A program made the translations under genes and the position numbers. Positions 24,199 to 39,763 of a stretch of DNA of 64,000 nt are shown piece by piece; the first letter of the stretch is position 1; each line of letters starts with the position of its first letter. The notes below the pieces were generated by a model, which made no database searches, had not been told where the DNA came from, and saw only the letters and a list, made by a program, of their open reading frames with translations. This DNA comes from Octopus bimaculoides (taxonomy: Eukaryota): NCBI RefSeq assembly GCF_001194135.2, contig NC_068990.1, forward strand, positions 4,569,834 to 4,633,833. Direction: 5' to 3'.

Positions 24199-25447
24199 AA
24201 ACTAAATAAATATTATGATTCTATAATTCTTTGCATGTTATCAGAAAATCAGTTTAATAATGAATTAGGATTCTGAATATTATTTAGCATGAGAAACTTG
24301 TGGCACTCCACCTTTATGACTGAGTGGCTAGCACATTAAAATTATTATCCAGCCATATATATCAACTTCAACAATCCATTTATGAAGCAGAATTTTCAGA
24401 AGCAATGAACCTAGACTAATATAAAAATAGTGATCGTAAAAAGAATCTGCACTGATGAAGATTTTTTTTTCAACACATAACAAATATTGAAAGCTCTACC
24501 AAGGCTAAGCTATGTTCATGTCCATCATTTAACATGTTTAACTGTTAGGGGAGTAAACTGTAGAAAAATTAAAATGAATTAAAAAAAACCTATCGTTCTT
24601 ATCACAATCATATGACTTCTAAAATGAAAGATAGTTTATAATAATGTAATATTTGCTATAAATCAACAACCTAGAAAAGATAATATTCCATGAATATGTA
24701 TACTGTAATCCTTTTGAATCAGAAATAGTTAGGTCAATAGAATATCAGGCAACAAACTGTAAGGTAGGTAGGTGGTACACAATCATTGATGATGCATTTA
24801 GTGCAAAGGTAATGTTTACCTCTAAAGAGTCAAATTCACTCAGTTATGCTTAATGCACCCTGGAATAGTAGAGTTCATTACTACTGGAAGTAGTGGCAGT
24901 TTTTGAAAGTGGACAAGTGTTTTATTACTTGATCCTGGGCAGATATATGTGAATATGTACTGAGTTTCAATGAAAAGCATTCTAAGTCTTGTAAATATTC
25001 CAGGTTAAGCTTCAATTTCATTAGTTTGATCTATTTTGTAAAACACCAAGTTTCATACTGGTAGGTTGGCATCAATAAGCATATTAAATTGATGAGCTTG
25101 GTTCTTTGCTTGTATGAAAATGTCAGAATATTTCTACATCACTGAGATTCTATATCTGACATTGCACAGAGATTGAAATCAAATTCCAGGAGTTAGTGTT
25201 CCATAAACACACTATCAAGTTACTTGAACTCCTTCAACTATTGATGTAGATACTGAGAATGTCAACAGCTTAGGTCACCTTCTTTGTTTAATTTTTGTTG
25301 TTGTTGATCTCAATATCTATCACTAATTACATTCTGGTGCTTCATATGTTTCAGTAGTTTTTCTTATTTCTAATTTACAAGGCTTTGGTAATCAATAAAA
25401 AAAATTCTGCTGAAGGCTTTTTGTTTTTACTTCATTTGCTTTTATAC

Positions 25448-25488
<41 letters not shown>

Positions 25489-26936
25489 CGTGTATGTGTC
25501 TTTGTGAGTGCATGTGCATGAGTGTGTATGCCTTTGTGTGTGTGTGTGTATTAGTGTGTGTGCATGCGTATGTGATAAAAATAAGGAAAGTAGCACAAAT
25601 CTCAACACCACTCTAAGCATGTTTAAAATTCATCTGGAAGGCCATATTTAGGATAATGAGAGGAAACAGCTGGCTTTGTACGTCATATATTTTCTGAATG
25701 CTTCATAGCAACTCTACTGAAGTAGTCAACTGCTCTTTCATGGCCAGCAAAGGTGAAAATCAGTTCTTTTGTGTGAGCCATTGCCATTAAAGTTATTGCA
25801 TCAGTGCATATCAGTGCCTTTAGCAACAAAGGCTCCATCATCCAACTCATGTGCTGCTCCAATATTTAGGCATCTTTTATAACTTGAGAGTGATAGTCTT
25901 CTGTATGTAGTAGTTTCTTTACTTCCCCTTTTTTTATCCCTTTCATATTAGTGCTATACTTACATGCTTTTAATACCTGCCCATGCCTTCTCTGAAATAA
26001 TGTTAACACCTGCCAGGTAATAACATCTGAGGTTATAGACCTATAATACATTATGAAGTGCTTGTAAGTTCGTTAAATTAACAATTTTTGGTTCAAAAGG
26101 AAATAGCATTTAGAGATCTAAATCAGTTTAATTACAATGATTAAATAATAACTAAAGCAAATGAATGAAAGAACTGCTTAAAGTGGGTTTTTTTTTAACT
26201 AATTACAATAATTATTTCTTATGGTGGTATTAGGACATAATAGGAATTGGGTATAGAAAATGTCACTGATCTGCATCTGGGAAGTATTTTATTGATCTTA
26301 TAGGAACGAAAACCAAAGTTGAGCCTGTCATACTTTTAACTCAATCTAAACAGATCAAACTAAAATGCTGAATTGCAAAGAGAAGAAAAATTTTAATTTT
26401 ATTTACAATTAGATTTAGTCTTGTCTTTGGAAATTCTTTATTATTTTGATAGAACCCATGCATTATAGAGTTCAGTTGATTACATTAACTCAATATCTTA
26501 CACTTATTTTCTCAATTTCCAAAAGATGGAAAGCAAAGTGAGGCTGGATGAGATTTAAATTCAGAACGTAACTAAATACCACAAAGTGTTTTGTACTACA
26601 TCTTACTGATTTTCCTATCATTTGAAAATTAAACCACTTTAGCTTCTGTTTTACTTAGATATCTCTTTCTATATTATCTAATCCTTTCTAAATAACAAAG
26701 ACCCATATTAACTGTGTCCAGTTCTAATTTCTATAGATTTAAGTAAAATGAAAGACCTTTTTATTAGACTTTGGTGGGTTGCTTTACCTGAAAGAATAAT
26801 CAAAACTGCATAAACAATGCTATTACTGCTTACAATTAATTAGTAAACAACCATATAGGATCTACCAACAGTTTAAGTAGAGTTATTCATTTACAGTGAT
26901 GATTATTAGTCATGGCAACGTCATAATTAATGCCAG

Positions 26937-26995
26937 TGACTGAACACATACCACTGACTGAACACATACCACTGACTGAACACATACCACTGACT
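26937..26995. repeat. Perfect 18-bp tandem repeat (tgactgaacacataccac), 3.3 copies
   Basis: Units start at 26937, 26955 and 26973, with a partial unit at 26991. Confidence 0.95.
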
Positions 26996-29900
26996 TCTTA
27001 GTTATTTGTTCAATACATTAATACGTTATCCAAAACAAGGAGCATAGATGGATAACTCAAAATATATGGTCAAAAGAATTTGTTTCACTATATTAGTTAT
27101 GATTGTGGAGCTGAGCTGAAGTTGCCCTGCTGACTTAAGCTATAATAGAAGCGTTCATATCACAACCCCTGTTTTAATGACTTCTGCCTTTACCACTACT
27201 TGGTCTGAATGACAAAGCACATTACCATAATATTTTAAAACTTAATGTTAACTACATTGCTATTTAATGTATATATTCCAGTTGTTTTAACTGATTCACC
27301 GTGTGCCTGGATGTTATAAGCAGTGACTAGAATGGATGGCAACATGAGGGGTACCCAACCATGAAACACTGTATCAGAGAACCTGTCCACCCCATATCAA
27401 CAAGGAAAAGTAAATGATGATCACAATGATATTAACTACATTGCTAATCTTCAATAATTCAATAGAAATTTCAGTTATATTAAACTCTATTAAAAAAAGT
27501 GGGTTCATATTTCCTCCAAATAATATTAAAAAAGGAAGAAATGAAAGGTGCTTCCAAATCTGAGAGCTGAATATAGAAAGAAAGCTTTGTAACAAAATTA
27601 TATTTCACTTGAAATGTCGAAATGGTATTTAATTTTATTATTTGAGTCTTGATAATAGTTTTAATTTTTTTTTTTTCCTATACAGTGAGAAAACTCAGTA
27701 TCTAATATACTAAAGACAGCCTACTTGCTTATTTCTTTTTTAATTCATATACATGAATATACTTATTTCACTTTTTAGATGTTTTTTGGGGAGTAAAACA
27801 GATATAATTGAATTTGAATTTTATATTTAAATTACAATGACAATATTATTGATTAATTTTCTCTGTAATGCATATTGTTTGGATTTTTATAAAGAAATTT
27901 CTCTAGAAGTTGTGCTGTATAAACTGGTTCAGTACAGCTGTAGTTTTCATTTCAAACAGTGAGTTACAGTTGACTTGTGTTAATAGGATATCAGACAACT
28001 AGATGAGAGTTTGTTGGTTCATTTTCTTCTTTAACCCTCAAACAGCTCTGATTGAACAGGCTTATAATTAAGGGCATTCTAGCTGTGACTATCCATTTGG
28101 TGTGTTATAAGTGACATTTGACTGCTATTTCTAGCAAATTGAATGACCATACAAAGGCTTCCTCAGTAGCTTGTAGGGGTTCATATCTTGCTAACAGTGG
28201 TTCTGAGATGTAGACACTCAACTCTTTGCTGTACTTAATTTCTGAAGTAGTTACTACAATGTTGAATAACTACACACTGTAAAGCAATAGTAGAATTGTA
28301 AAACTGAGGAGTGTTTCATTAGTTTCCATAGATGAATTCAGGTTGTTTCAGGGAGTAAACCCATGATTTAAAAATTAATGAGTTAATACAAGTTAATACT
28401 TGTAAAAGTGTCTAAGTCAAACTGATTTTCATATAACTTAAGCACATTTAGAACTAAGGTTTTCAATTATTAAATCATCATTTGTTACAAGATTTCAAAA
28501 AATAAAACAAAAGAAAAAAGCAAGAGTAAAGAATAAATTACCAAATTGAGGAAACCATACAGATAAGGTAATAAGTTATGAATAATAAGTCTTACAGCGA
28601 GAATAAGTATGTATTTAATGCAAATGTATTCACCTTGAAAGTAGACAGGCAAAAAAAGAAGAAAAAAGAGAAGCTAAGTGTGAATGTAAATCCAAAGCTA
28701 GATATCTTTCATCATTTAGAAATTTGGGTAAATAAAGCAAACAATATCTTAATAATGAATGCCAAAGTTAGACTCATTTAAATAAAGAAGTAATACTACA
28801 TTTTATGGTATAGATTGGCTCCCAACTTAGGAACACTAATGTTGCTAGGTTTGTGAAAGAGAGAAATTTAAATCAATTTTCCAAAGAGGTAAAAAATGAT
28901 AATTCACTTTAAAGATCTGGTGTAATAGAAAAAGCTGTAAAAGATCAAATTCCTAAACAGTTTGTTGTTTTTATATACTTTGTTGTTTAGCTCCACATCT
29001 GCCCTGATCAAGCAGACCAACCATAAAAGGCATTCCAGTTGCAACTAGTTAATTTTTGTAGGATTATGTGAGACCAAATTATCCAAAGTATTCTTTCCTT
29101 TCTCATGAAAGTAGGTGGGATTTGAAGCACATTTGGGTGATGTTTCTGGTAGGTTGGGTAACCATGTAAAAACTATTTCGTTGGTTCACTATCATAGTTT
29201 AAGTCCTTAATGATTTCACGCTAGTATGTCTTGAGAGTGAAGAGATTGAACAGGTAAAACTAGTCCCAAAATATTAAACATCAAAGTTAAACCTGTAAGC
29301 ATTTTGATGCTAACATTTGAAAAAATTCACAAAGCCACAAATATGCTTGCTGTGTCCCCTTTCTAATGCAGGAGAGAGAGAGAGCGAGAGAGAGAGACAG
29401 ACAGACATACCAGTTCTATTAAGTATACTGAATCATCTTGGAAGAATTAGACATGAAATTCAATGACGTCTATCATAGAACAGTATTTACTTCCTCTCAT
29501 CCCTAGTTCAAACCATAACTTTACATGGCATCCCTATACAGCTATTGCATAAGAATAAAACTGCTTCATCTGACTAAGTCTCTACTCTATAGACACTAGC
29601 TTGAACTTTCTTCAAGAAACCATTTTTTATTTTTATTATTGTTCATTGTTTTTGATTGTGTAAATTTTGACTAAACAATTGTTCCTGCTTAACCTTAGAT
29701 CAACCTTGAAAGAGTAGGCCTAAAATAATGTCTTGGATTCTTTGTATATCTGGGACCAATTTGGCTGTAATTTTTAGCAAATTTAGTGATTACAAAGAAA
29801 TCAGGGCTCTACATAATAATTGCAATAGGGATCAGTTGATTTTTATCTGTTTAATTGTTGAGTGGCTCGTAAAGGTGCATGAAGAGTAGTTTTAAGGTAT

Positions 29901-31989
29901 TTAGCTTTACAGATTAGAGAAGAGTCATTACTTTAATGCCAACCATCTCTGTAGAGAATTAAAATTTAATGAGTAAAGCAAGAGGATGCATCTACATGAA
30001 AGCTGCTATAACTATAACATAATGAATAATAGAAATGAGCTTATGACAAAAATGAAAAATCAGGTTACACATATACATATATATTAGAGGTGAATGATTG
30101 TAGAGATATTTTGGAAATTAATTGCAACAATAACATGTGTTGGTTTTACAAACAATAGCTGTAGTAACAGTAGTAGCAATGACAGTAGCAATTGACAACA
30201 ATCGAATCCAGGACGCAGTGCAAACAAATGCTGCAAAAACAAAATCATGTAGGGATATGCTTGACATTTACTTTCACATTTCCCCTTCTGTTATATGATC
30301 AGGAGAAATGTCTGACCCATCGTTAAACCAAAACGTTAACAAGTGTAAAAGAAAACTGTTCCTCTACATATATGGTTAATAATTCAACATATATGTGTGT
30401 GCTGATTTAACCACCAAAATCAAATTGATATAAAGTTGCTATTTATGTACATATTTCTGTTGTATTTCCTTTCTCTTGTTTAGCTAGTTTGTCTTGCATA
30501 TGATATGTTTATTAGAACTAGTCTGCTGTTTACAAAAAAAAAAAAAAATTAAGTACAGATTTTTTTTTTCTATTTTGCTTAGCTGGGTTTAATAAAATAT
30601 TTTTACTTCTTAGTCTTTGAAAAGCTGGAGCAGACACTTAAGCAATCCATCAAAGAAAGAATTTGGAGAAAAAAGAAGAGGTTCCTAATATTTTCATGGT
30701 TGGAACATGTGATGTACATTCAAATAAAAAAGATTAAATCCTTCATCATCTCTTTGAGTATTAAAATACTGAAAGACATCTTAAACAAAGTTTCCAATAT
30801 TAACATGGTAATTTCTCTTTCTGAGAGAAACCAAAGAGAATAGAAACCATTCTTATACAAAATCTGAAATTTGCTTGAAAGAAACACGTGTCTTAATAAG
30901 AGGCCACAGAGAAAAAGCGAAAGTATAGAACAGTGAAAATAGGCAAAGAATGATAGTTTGATAAGGCAGCAGATAACTTCTGTGTCTCTTTGTTCTTAAG
31001 TTAGCACATTCAAAAGCTAAGCATACTGCAAATCAAAATGATTGAACCAAAATTTAGCTGGTGAGTGTGAGCTTAGACAGACAAAGTGATTATCATGGAT
31101 TCAATGGATTTCAGTGAAATCATGGTGGTGCTGTCTATCTGGAAGTGTATAAAATGGAAACAGTGAAAAAAAAAAAAAAAAAAAAAAAAAAACAACATTG
31201 GAGCAGGTTCACATGCAAGTTGGCATTATCCAAGGGACTAATGCAAGCAGTATCAAGTTGCTAAGTAGGCTGATTGATTCCAGATTTACAGTTAGATGGA
31301 AAAAAGAAATGCTCAACAAAAGCAGTTAGAGAAAATCAGGCAGAGCTGGTAAACACTCACATCATTTTATTGGTCTATTTCTGCCAAATTCTCTTAGGGA
31401 ACATCTGGATAAATAAAAACATGCCTTTGCTGTGTTTGCTGTTTTTTCTTCTTAAAAAAAGGGTCAATGTCTATGCATAAAATATCCCTCTATTTATAAT
31501 GTTCTGCTTGTAAATGTGTAAATATACACTATGAAACATCAATTATAGAGCACATGTGGTTCACTTTGTCCACCATTTCTAGGCCTGGTTTGTTGTGCCT
31601 AAGCACCTGGTCTGTTTGGATTGAGAAACCTCACAGGATTTTGCAGGTCTCTGACTCCTCAACTCACTGTGGTTTGTGCTCATACCATGTCTTCATAATC
31701 ATTATGATCATTAGTGTTGTTGTTGTATTTGACTAAGTAGCAAGAAAACATCTTTCAAAACATTTTATTCAAACATTACCAAATGGAATTTTCTTTGGAA
31801 TATAACTATAATTAAATAAGGAAGATTATCCTTGATACCCAGGTTTAGACAACAGATAAAAAGGGGTTTGTTTCACTAACATTTTAAAATTTTACTTACA
31901 TTATATTTTCACATCCAAATAAGGCTATCACACATAATTATACCACATGACAAAACATCAAATGGTTATATAAACAAACAAACTTGAAA

Positions 31990-33110
31990 CTGAAAGCTGA
32001 ATGTATGAGAGGAAAAAGAAGATGAATACTTTAGTGAAGGTTTTATAGAAGAAAATGTCCCTAATACAGCGACAGCGATAGCAAAAATTGTATCTAATCT
32101 TGCACAATTTCAAATGCTTTGGTTTATCTATATAGTAGCTGTGTGAAGTTAAACCTGCTCTTGATACAGTTCTTGATACAGTTTGAACCGATGGAATTTT
32201 GAAATCTCTCTCAGTTACAAGAGAAAAACAATACAGATAGGATTTTGTAAAACCCAATGGAATTTCTTTGCTTCAAAAAACTTCAAGAGAGGCAAAGAGA
32301 AACGCTGCATACCTCTGCTTATAAAAAGATGAGAATAGATTTAAAATTCCTTCAAAGACATAATGAGAGAAATTATCTTAAATGGAAAAACAAAAGTTAT
32401 GGTACTATTTTTGCTGTACCTTTAAAGTTGAAGATGCAGTTAAAACACAGGACAAAATTGTCAAATATACCACTGGCTACATATTTGTGGCCCAGTACAT
32501 AGGTCAAAACATAAGAGTCATAAGAGATGCTGGACATTACACAGACCATTGTTAGTAGTTTATTTTGTGTTGCCGCATGGAAAGCCGTCAAAGCAGGTTT
32601 AACGAAAGGTGATCTGTGATCAAGAGGTGTCAAAATGGATTTGCAAGTCCTAATGACATACAAAGGCCACAGAGCAATACTGAAACTATGCCCAGTAGAA
32701 GGCACCAATACAAAGGGCATGAAGTTAATGATATAGGGCTGACGGTCGAGTGGTTACATTTATTGGAGTGAAACATACCAGAACTGAAAACCTGGAAGAA
32801 CTGAGGAGATGAAGTAAAAAGAAGGGATATGGAAGTAATGTGGAGCAACAACAACAACAAAAGAAGAACAAAACCTAGTTTCCAGAGTACTACCAAACAA
32901 AACTCTGGAAGTAAAGGAAATGTCTTTAGGCCTAGATGAGTAAATACTTTGTTCTTTCCAGTATCAGCCTGTAGTACAACTCCTTCATTGTGTGATGATG
33001 AAATGAAGAAAAAAGGATAATTATGGATGAAAATTCCCAAATGTTCTGTAAAAGTACAAAGGGAACAAAAAGTGGGGAATTCAGAGAAAAAGAAAACTTG
33101 GCATAAAACA
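31990..33110 (+). pseudogene. Decayed coding-like repeat, probably a retroelement gag/ORF1-like sequence
   Basis: Protein-like stretches broken by stops (EEKEDEYFSEGFIEENVP.., KDIMREIILNGKTKVMVLF, KVEDAVKTQDKIVKYTTGYIFVAQYIG). The 3' half is homologous to the inverted copy at 34590-35175. The family assignment is inference. Confidence 0.5.
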
Positions 33111-33649
33111 AACAAAATTAACCATTAGGACAGCTTTCAGGTAACGATCTTCTACCTCATTAAATGCCTTGGATGACTCTAAATTAAAACTGACTTTTTG
33201 TCAATGGCATTCCAATCATAATCATCTTAACTTGTTTTCTGAGACAAACTTGCAAGACTACATAGTCCAATATCTATTTCTTTATGTAAGATGGTAGGAT
33301 ATGATTTCATTGAGATTCATAGCAGGGGGATATTAAAAATATACCAAAAGCAATTAAATTCTTTTAGTGTATGACTGGTATTACTTTATAATTTCTAAAG
33401 TTTATAATTTTATAAAATTCTAAATCTATGTCAGATTAATAATATGAATTCCATTCTTAGGTGCAAAAACACAAATTTTGGCAAGGCAAAAATCAATTAT
33501 ATTGGTTCTTATATATGATTAGTATTTTATTTTATTTACTCTAGAAGGATGAAAGGTACAACTTGATCACATAGGATAAAGAGATGTTGCTAATTACTAT
33601 AAGCATTTCGACCAGTATTCTACAGAACATCAATACTACTTTTACCAAA

Positions 33650-33900
33650 ACAGTTGTGGCTTTAGTAATTTAGTCCAAGATCAACCCTGATTGAACATGT
33701 AATCATATGAACAAAGGCATTCTAACCAGGACAAATCTATTTTTTGTTCAGACACAATGTATACAGTGTCATATACCCTACAAATCATACCCTACCATAT
33801 TATTTTTAATACTGTAGGGTATGATTTGTAGGGTATTTGGCTGGTATTTCTAGCTAATCAAGCAACAAAATAGAAGCATTTTTTTGTTGACTCATCAATT
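33650..33900 (+). mobile_element. Dispersed SINE-like repeat copy containing a perfect 23-bp inverted repeat
   Basis: Shares ccaagatcaaccctgatt..aaaggcattc..atttggctggtatttctagc with other copies. Arms at 33773-33795 and 33814-33836. Confidence 0.7.
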
Positions 33901-34589
33901 AAATGGTTTCCTTCATGAGTAAAAGTTCATGCATTTAAAACAATACAAATGTGATGTTGTAATGTGTACACTTTTCTTAAAAGGGTCTTGAATATTTCCA
34001 ACTGTAGGGTAAAAGACAGATAATTTGGGGTACTGATGTGTTACCATCATTCTATTGTATTTACCATAATCTTAATAGTAATAACCATATCTTTATTAGA
34101 CACAAAGACTTGAAGGATTTAGGAAATATGAAACTTGCATTAAGGATTACAAAGAAAAAAAAGGATAATACAGGGTGTGGAAAAGAAATACATTTGGAAA
34201 TTATAAAGGGAGGTGCTATGTGGTGGTTTAGAATATATGGAATGATGTATTAAGAATTTTAAAGGTGCACATAGGCACACATATAAACACATATACACAT
34301 TTGCATGAAAATATTAAAAAGAAGTGCAATGAAATACACAAAATTAAAATGAGGTATAATTTAAAACATGACTGATTTTCTGGCCTGGTTGAGTTAAATA
34401 TTAAACAACCCTGTTCTTTTAACCATCTCTCAACTAAATGCTCATGTAAGCATGTTTTGAGACAACTGGTGCTGAAAGACACCAAAATCTTGTGAAGAAT
34501 CTTTTTTGTTTTTGATAGACTTAATTTTAATATTTTTGTATGCTGTTAATATTTTTGCATATAGCTTATATCCCGAACCTAATTGTTTA

Positions 34590-35175
34590 TATGTCATTCT
34601 AACATTTTGAGGGTCTGAAGAACCAAAGATGTGTAATTTTGTCTATTAATGATTTGTTTCATTTTCAAAGAATAGCAAATATTAGTTCATCTTCATCTTC
34701 TGCATTTTCTTCACCATTTTCCAGAGGAGGTATTTTGTTGTCATTTAGAAGAAATTGTTTCCCTCGCCTATTTTGTTGTTTTATGTGATTCCCCCCGCCA
34801 CAATTTTTACCTTTGTATTTTATCTATAATTATTTCTTCTTCATCACATGATGAGAATGTGGTAATACTGATTGGTATTGTTAGGGAACAAAGTATTTCC
34901 CTATCTATTTGTGATACTGAGTCTAACAACATTTCTTTTGCTCTTCCCAGAGTTTTGCTGTTGCTTATTATTATTTTCTTTTTCCTTGCTTTTCCTTAAT
35001 CATCCCAGTTCTGAATATTAAACTGAGGGATGTTTTACTCTAAGAAATGCAACAAATAGGCGTTCTACTCTGTATGATCAATTTTAAGCTCTTCCTGGGA
35101 TCTTGGTGGTGTCATTAGGATATCTTATGTTCACATGCCACATCTTGTTAACCTTTGTTTAACTGCTCATCCATG
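34590..35175 (-). pseudogene. Second, inverted copy of the decayed gag/ORF1-like repeat
   Basis: Shares caaaactctgg..gaaatgt..aatactttgttc..tgtgatga..ataattat with 32895-33030. One frame reads KLIIQSRTPICCIS*SK, possibly a degenerate zinc knuckle. Confidence 0.5.
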
Positions 35176-35684
35176 CAGCAACAAGCACGTGCACACTCAC
35201 ACACTCACACACACACACACAATAGACAACTAATAACCATGGGTCAACATTATGTCTAACGTCTTTTATTGTAATTCTTGTGTTTCTTTAACCCATGGAC
35301 TGAGGCAGGTACAAATGTATAGTCAGAGGTTTGTCTGACGATTATTTCAGTCTGATTTTGGCTGTGTTTTCAGTTTTGAAGGTGCAACAAATAGTGCTTT
35401 AACTTTTGCCTTTTCCAAGTGAGATAATCTCTCCTTTGTTTTTGAGAGCTTGTCGTATCACTTTTCAGGAGTGAAAATTTAATGTAGTCTCATTTTTTCA
35501 TTGACACAGATATATATTTTTTCTTTTGGACTTCTCTTGGATCATCTTATGAGGCAAAGACATGCAGTTAGCTTTTTTCAAAATTCTCCTCCATACATTT
35601 TTTCTTGTCACTGAAATGTCCCAAAATACTGTCTCTTCAGTTTGTGTTGACGAGAGGCTTGTCTTCACACAGCTAATTTATGAA

Positions 35685-35990
35685 TTGCTTACTTGCTTGC
35701 TTCATGCTCTTGCTTGATGGAGCTGGGGGTCATCCCAGGTTAGTGGTCTCAGAGGTGTCATCATCATGTATAGAGTCAATCAGGTCCACCAGTTTTCCAC
35801 ATTGCTGGTGGTCTTTTTCCAGCCCCTCTGCATCCTCCAAGATGATATCAAGCCTCTGGAGATCTTCCTTAATCATATCCAGCCATCTGGTGCAAGGCCT
35901 TCCATGGGGCCTCTTCCAGCCCTCTGCTACTGCATTGGATGAGAGTAAGGCCTTGTGCTTTATGAATGGATTGTAATCCTTGACTTTGTT
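35685..35990 (-). mobile_element. RTE-type LINE 3' end with (GCAA)n-like tail
   Basis: Minus translation: EGWKRPHGRPCTRWLDMIKEDLQRLDIILEDAEGL. Tail gcaagcaagtaagcaa. Confidence 0.8.
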
Positions 35991-36091
35991 TTAAGAATTG
36001 CTATTGTTATTGTTGTTACTGTCATTGTCTTCCAAATTACTTGAGTTTTCAGGAGATTTTCCTTTTATGCATTTAATTGCATGATTGGATT

Positions 36092-36146
<55 letters not shown>

Positions 36147-36622
36147 TTGTGTCTGCCATTGTGACGCTCTGTCATGTAGTATAATTGTATTAATCATTTT
36201 GGATGTGCGTAAATGAAATTTTAAAACATTGTAAAATTTTAAAAGCTATTGTCTAGCCCTAGGTACTGAGAGCAGGTTTTCCTTTGCCTATTATAGTTGT
36301 TTTTACAAGTATTTCAAAGGAAATTTCAATTGGTAACACTTAAAACAAAATATGTTTGGAAAGGAGACCCAAAAGATTGCCTTCATACTATGAAAGTCAA
36401 TCATCATCATAATCCTCATCATGTAGTGTCTGTCTTCTATGCTGGCATGGGTTGAATGGTTTGACAGGTGCCAGCAAGCCAGAAGTATGTGCCAAGCTTC
36501 ACTGTCTATTTTGGCATGATTTTATGACTGGATGCCCTTCCTAACGCCCACCACTTTACAGAGTGGACTGGATGATATTTACATGGCACTAGTACCAATA
36601 ATAATAATAATAATAATAATAA

Positions 36623-37977
<1,355 letters not shown>

Positions 37978-38019
37978 AATAATAATAAGAAGAAGAAGAA
38001 TAGTTATAATAATAATAAT

Positions 38020-38259
38020 CCCTATTGTTATCAGAGCATTGGGTTCAATACTACTCAATCTGAAAACATCTGAAAACCTTAGAGATACCCTACAATCTGG
38101 ATGTGTTGTAAAAGTCAGCATTACTTGGAACTGCACGCATATTGTGTAAAGTACTGTCTGTCTGAGGTCCTTGTTGTGGCTTGACAAACAGTACAAAGCC
38201 CCGATAGACATAATTTCTTCAATCAACAACCTCACGATATTGTATACTGTGCGACGTCT
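38020..38259 (+). mobile_element. R4/Dong-clade 5'-truncated 3' end (different subfamily)
   Basis: IIPIVIRALGSI..; a shifted frame gives KSALLGTARILCKVLSV*. AAT repeats on both sides. Confidence 0.85.
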
Positions 38260-38270
38260 ATAATAATAAT

Positions 38271-38576
38271 GGTTTTTGATTTAGGAACAAGACTAACAAT
38301 TTCGAAAGGAAGGAGTAATCAATACTATCCACCCCAGATTTGAACTCAGAGTGAAAAATGTCAGGAGAAATAATATGTGGTTTTCTTCTTAATACTAACA
38401 TTTCTGCCAAGCCACCACCCTAATAATAATAATTTTCACTTCTAGCTCAGGTACAAGGCCAGCAATTTCAAAGGTAGGACATGAGTTGATAACATTGATT
38501 CAATACTTTACTGATACTTTATTTTATTGACCTAGCAATGATGGAAGGCAAAGTTGATCTTGGCAGGATTTGAATT
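38271..38576 (-). mobile_element. Two diverged (ATT)n-tailed SINE copies in tandem
   Basis: Each begins after an AAT run with the ..acaagg..aatttc.. tail segment and contains gatttgaact/aggcaaagttga motifs. Confidence 0.7.
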
Positions 38577-39627
38577 AATATTAATAAAAATAATGATGAT
38601 AAAGAAGAACAATAATTTATAAATTAACTACTAGATTTATGAGTAATAAGTAATGATTAACCCTTATAAATATCTCATAAGTAATCACATGATGTAAATG
38701 CATATAAAGATACTAGTGACTAAAGAGATGCATGTAAATAGTTCGTAATTATTGCTTTTCTTAATCTGAGCATTTCATGTTGATGGGAAACAAAAAGATG
38801 TAAAACACAGGAATGATAATAATGAATGAATGGGGTGATGATAATGGTTATGATGGTAATACTGATTGAGATGATCATGATAATGATGAAGATCAAAATG
38901 TATTAGAAAAATATTCCCAATAGTTTAGCAGTTGATGAATCAATAGAAGTTGACACGTACACGGCAATACAACATCAATATATCTTTATATCATTCCTTT
39001 AAAATAATGCTATTTTGGACTTGCACTGTGGAAACTTTCCTTAAGCAACACTTATCTGAAACTAATGCTTTTTCATAGCATGTTCTATAGTGTCCTTTCA
39101 CACCTCAAGCAGTAGGTAAACAAATGTGAGAAGAATTTTCCTGAGATTTCTTCCAGTTTTAAACAGGATTCCTTTCTTCTTTTGCTTAAAATGCTTTGAG
39201 ACTTAATGGAAAAAGAAGTAGGAAATCCTGGTTCATAAAATTATGTGAACAATATATCATAAAGGTTGGTTTTATGAAGGGACTAAGTGGAAAGGTTATA
39301 TTACAAGAATTCACAATTATGTCACATCATTGAAACTGAAGGAAAATGTTTAAAAGCACAACAAAGATTGACAAATCATGAAATTTTCCTTTGTGAAATT
39401 GTAATCTTTTAGACAATAAATAGATTTGTGCATGTATATGTACATAGGAAATACTGCACATGTCAATATGAATATATGTTAGAATGACAATATATGTAAG
39501 AGTTTATTTTGTGTGTGAACCTGTGCTATTTTCAGTATGCACTTGCAAAATCATGTGCATGTGTAGTTGCATGCATGTGTAAGAATGATATTGTGTATGC
39601 ATGCATGTGACAGAAAAATTGTGTATA

Positions 39628-39763
<136 letters not shown>

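Noticed and set aside
25700-25870. 55-aa minus-strand ORF (MSWMMEPLLLKAL..) in a GC-richer patch
   Set aside because: No recognisable motif or splice context. Probably an old TE remnant.
26770-26810. Minus-strand recursive-splice-like site ttattctttcag|gtaaag (also AG|GT motifs near 52314 and 60651)
   Set aside because: No evidence of a minus-strand intron here, the 52314 site is absent from the duplicate copy, and such motifs are frequent in AT-rich DNA.
26937-26995. CRISPR-like appearance of the 18-bp repeat
   Set aside because: Head-to-tail tandem with no spacers, in eukaryotic context.
12368-28640. Other minus-strand exon-like blocks (12430-12368, 16391-16336, 25991-25964, about 28637-28600)
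   Set aside because: The first two have stops in all frames, the others are short with no recognisable product, and all lie upstream of the inferred TSS. They cannot be told apart from chance without RNA data.
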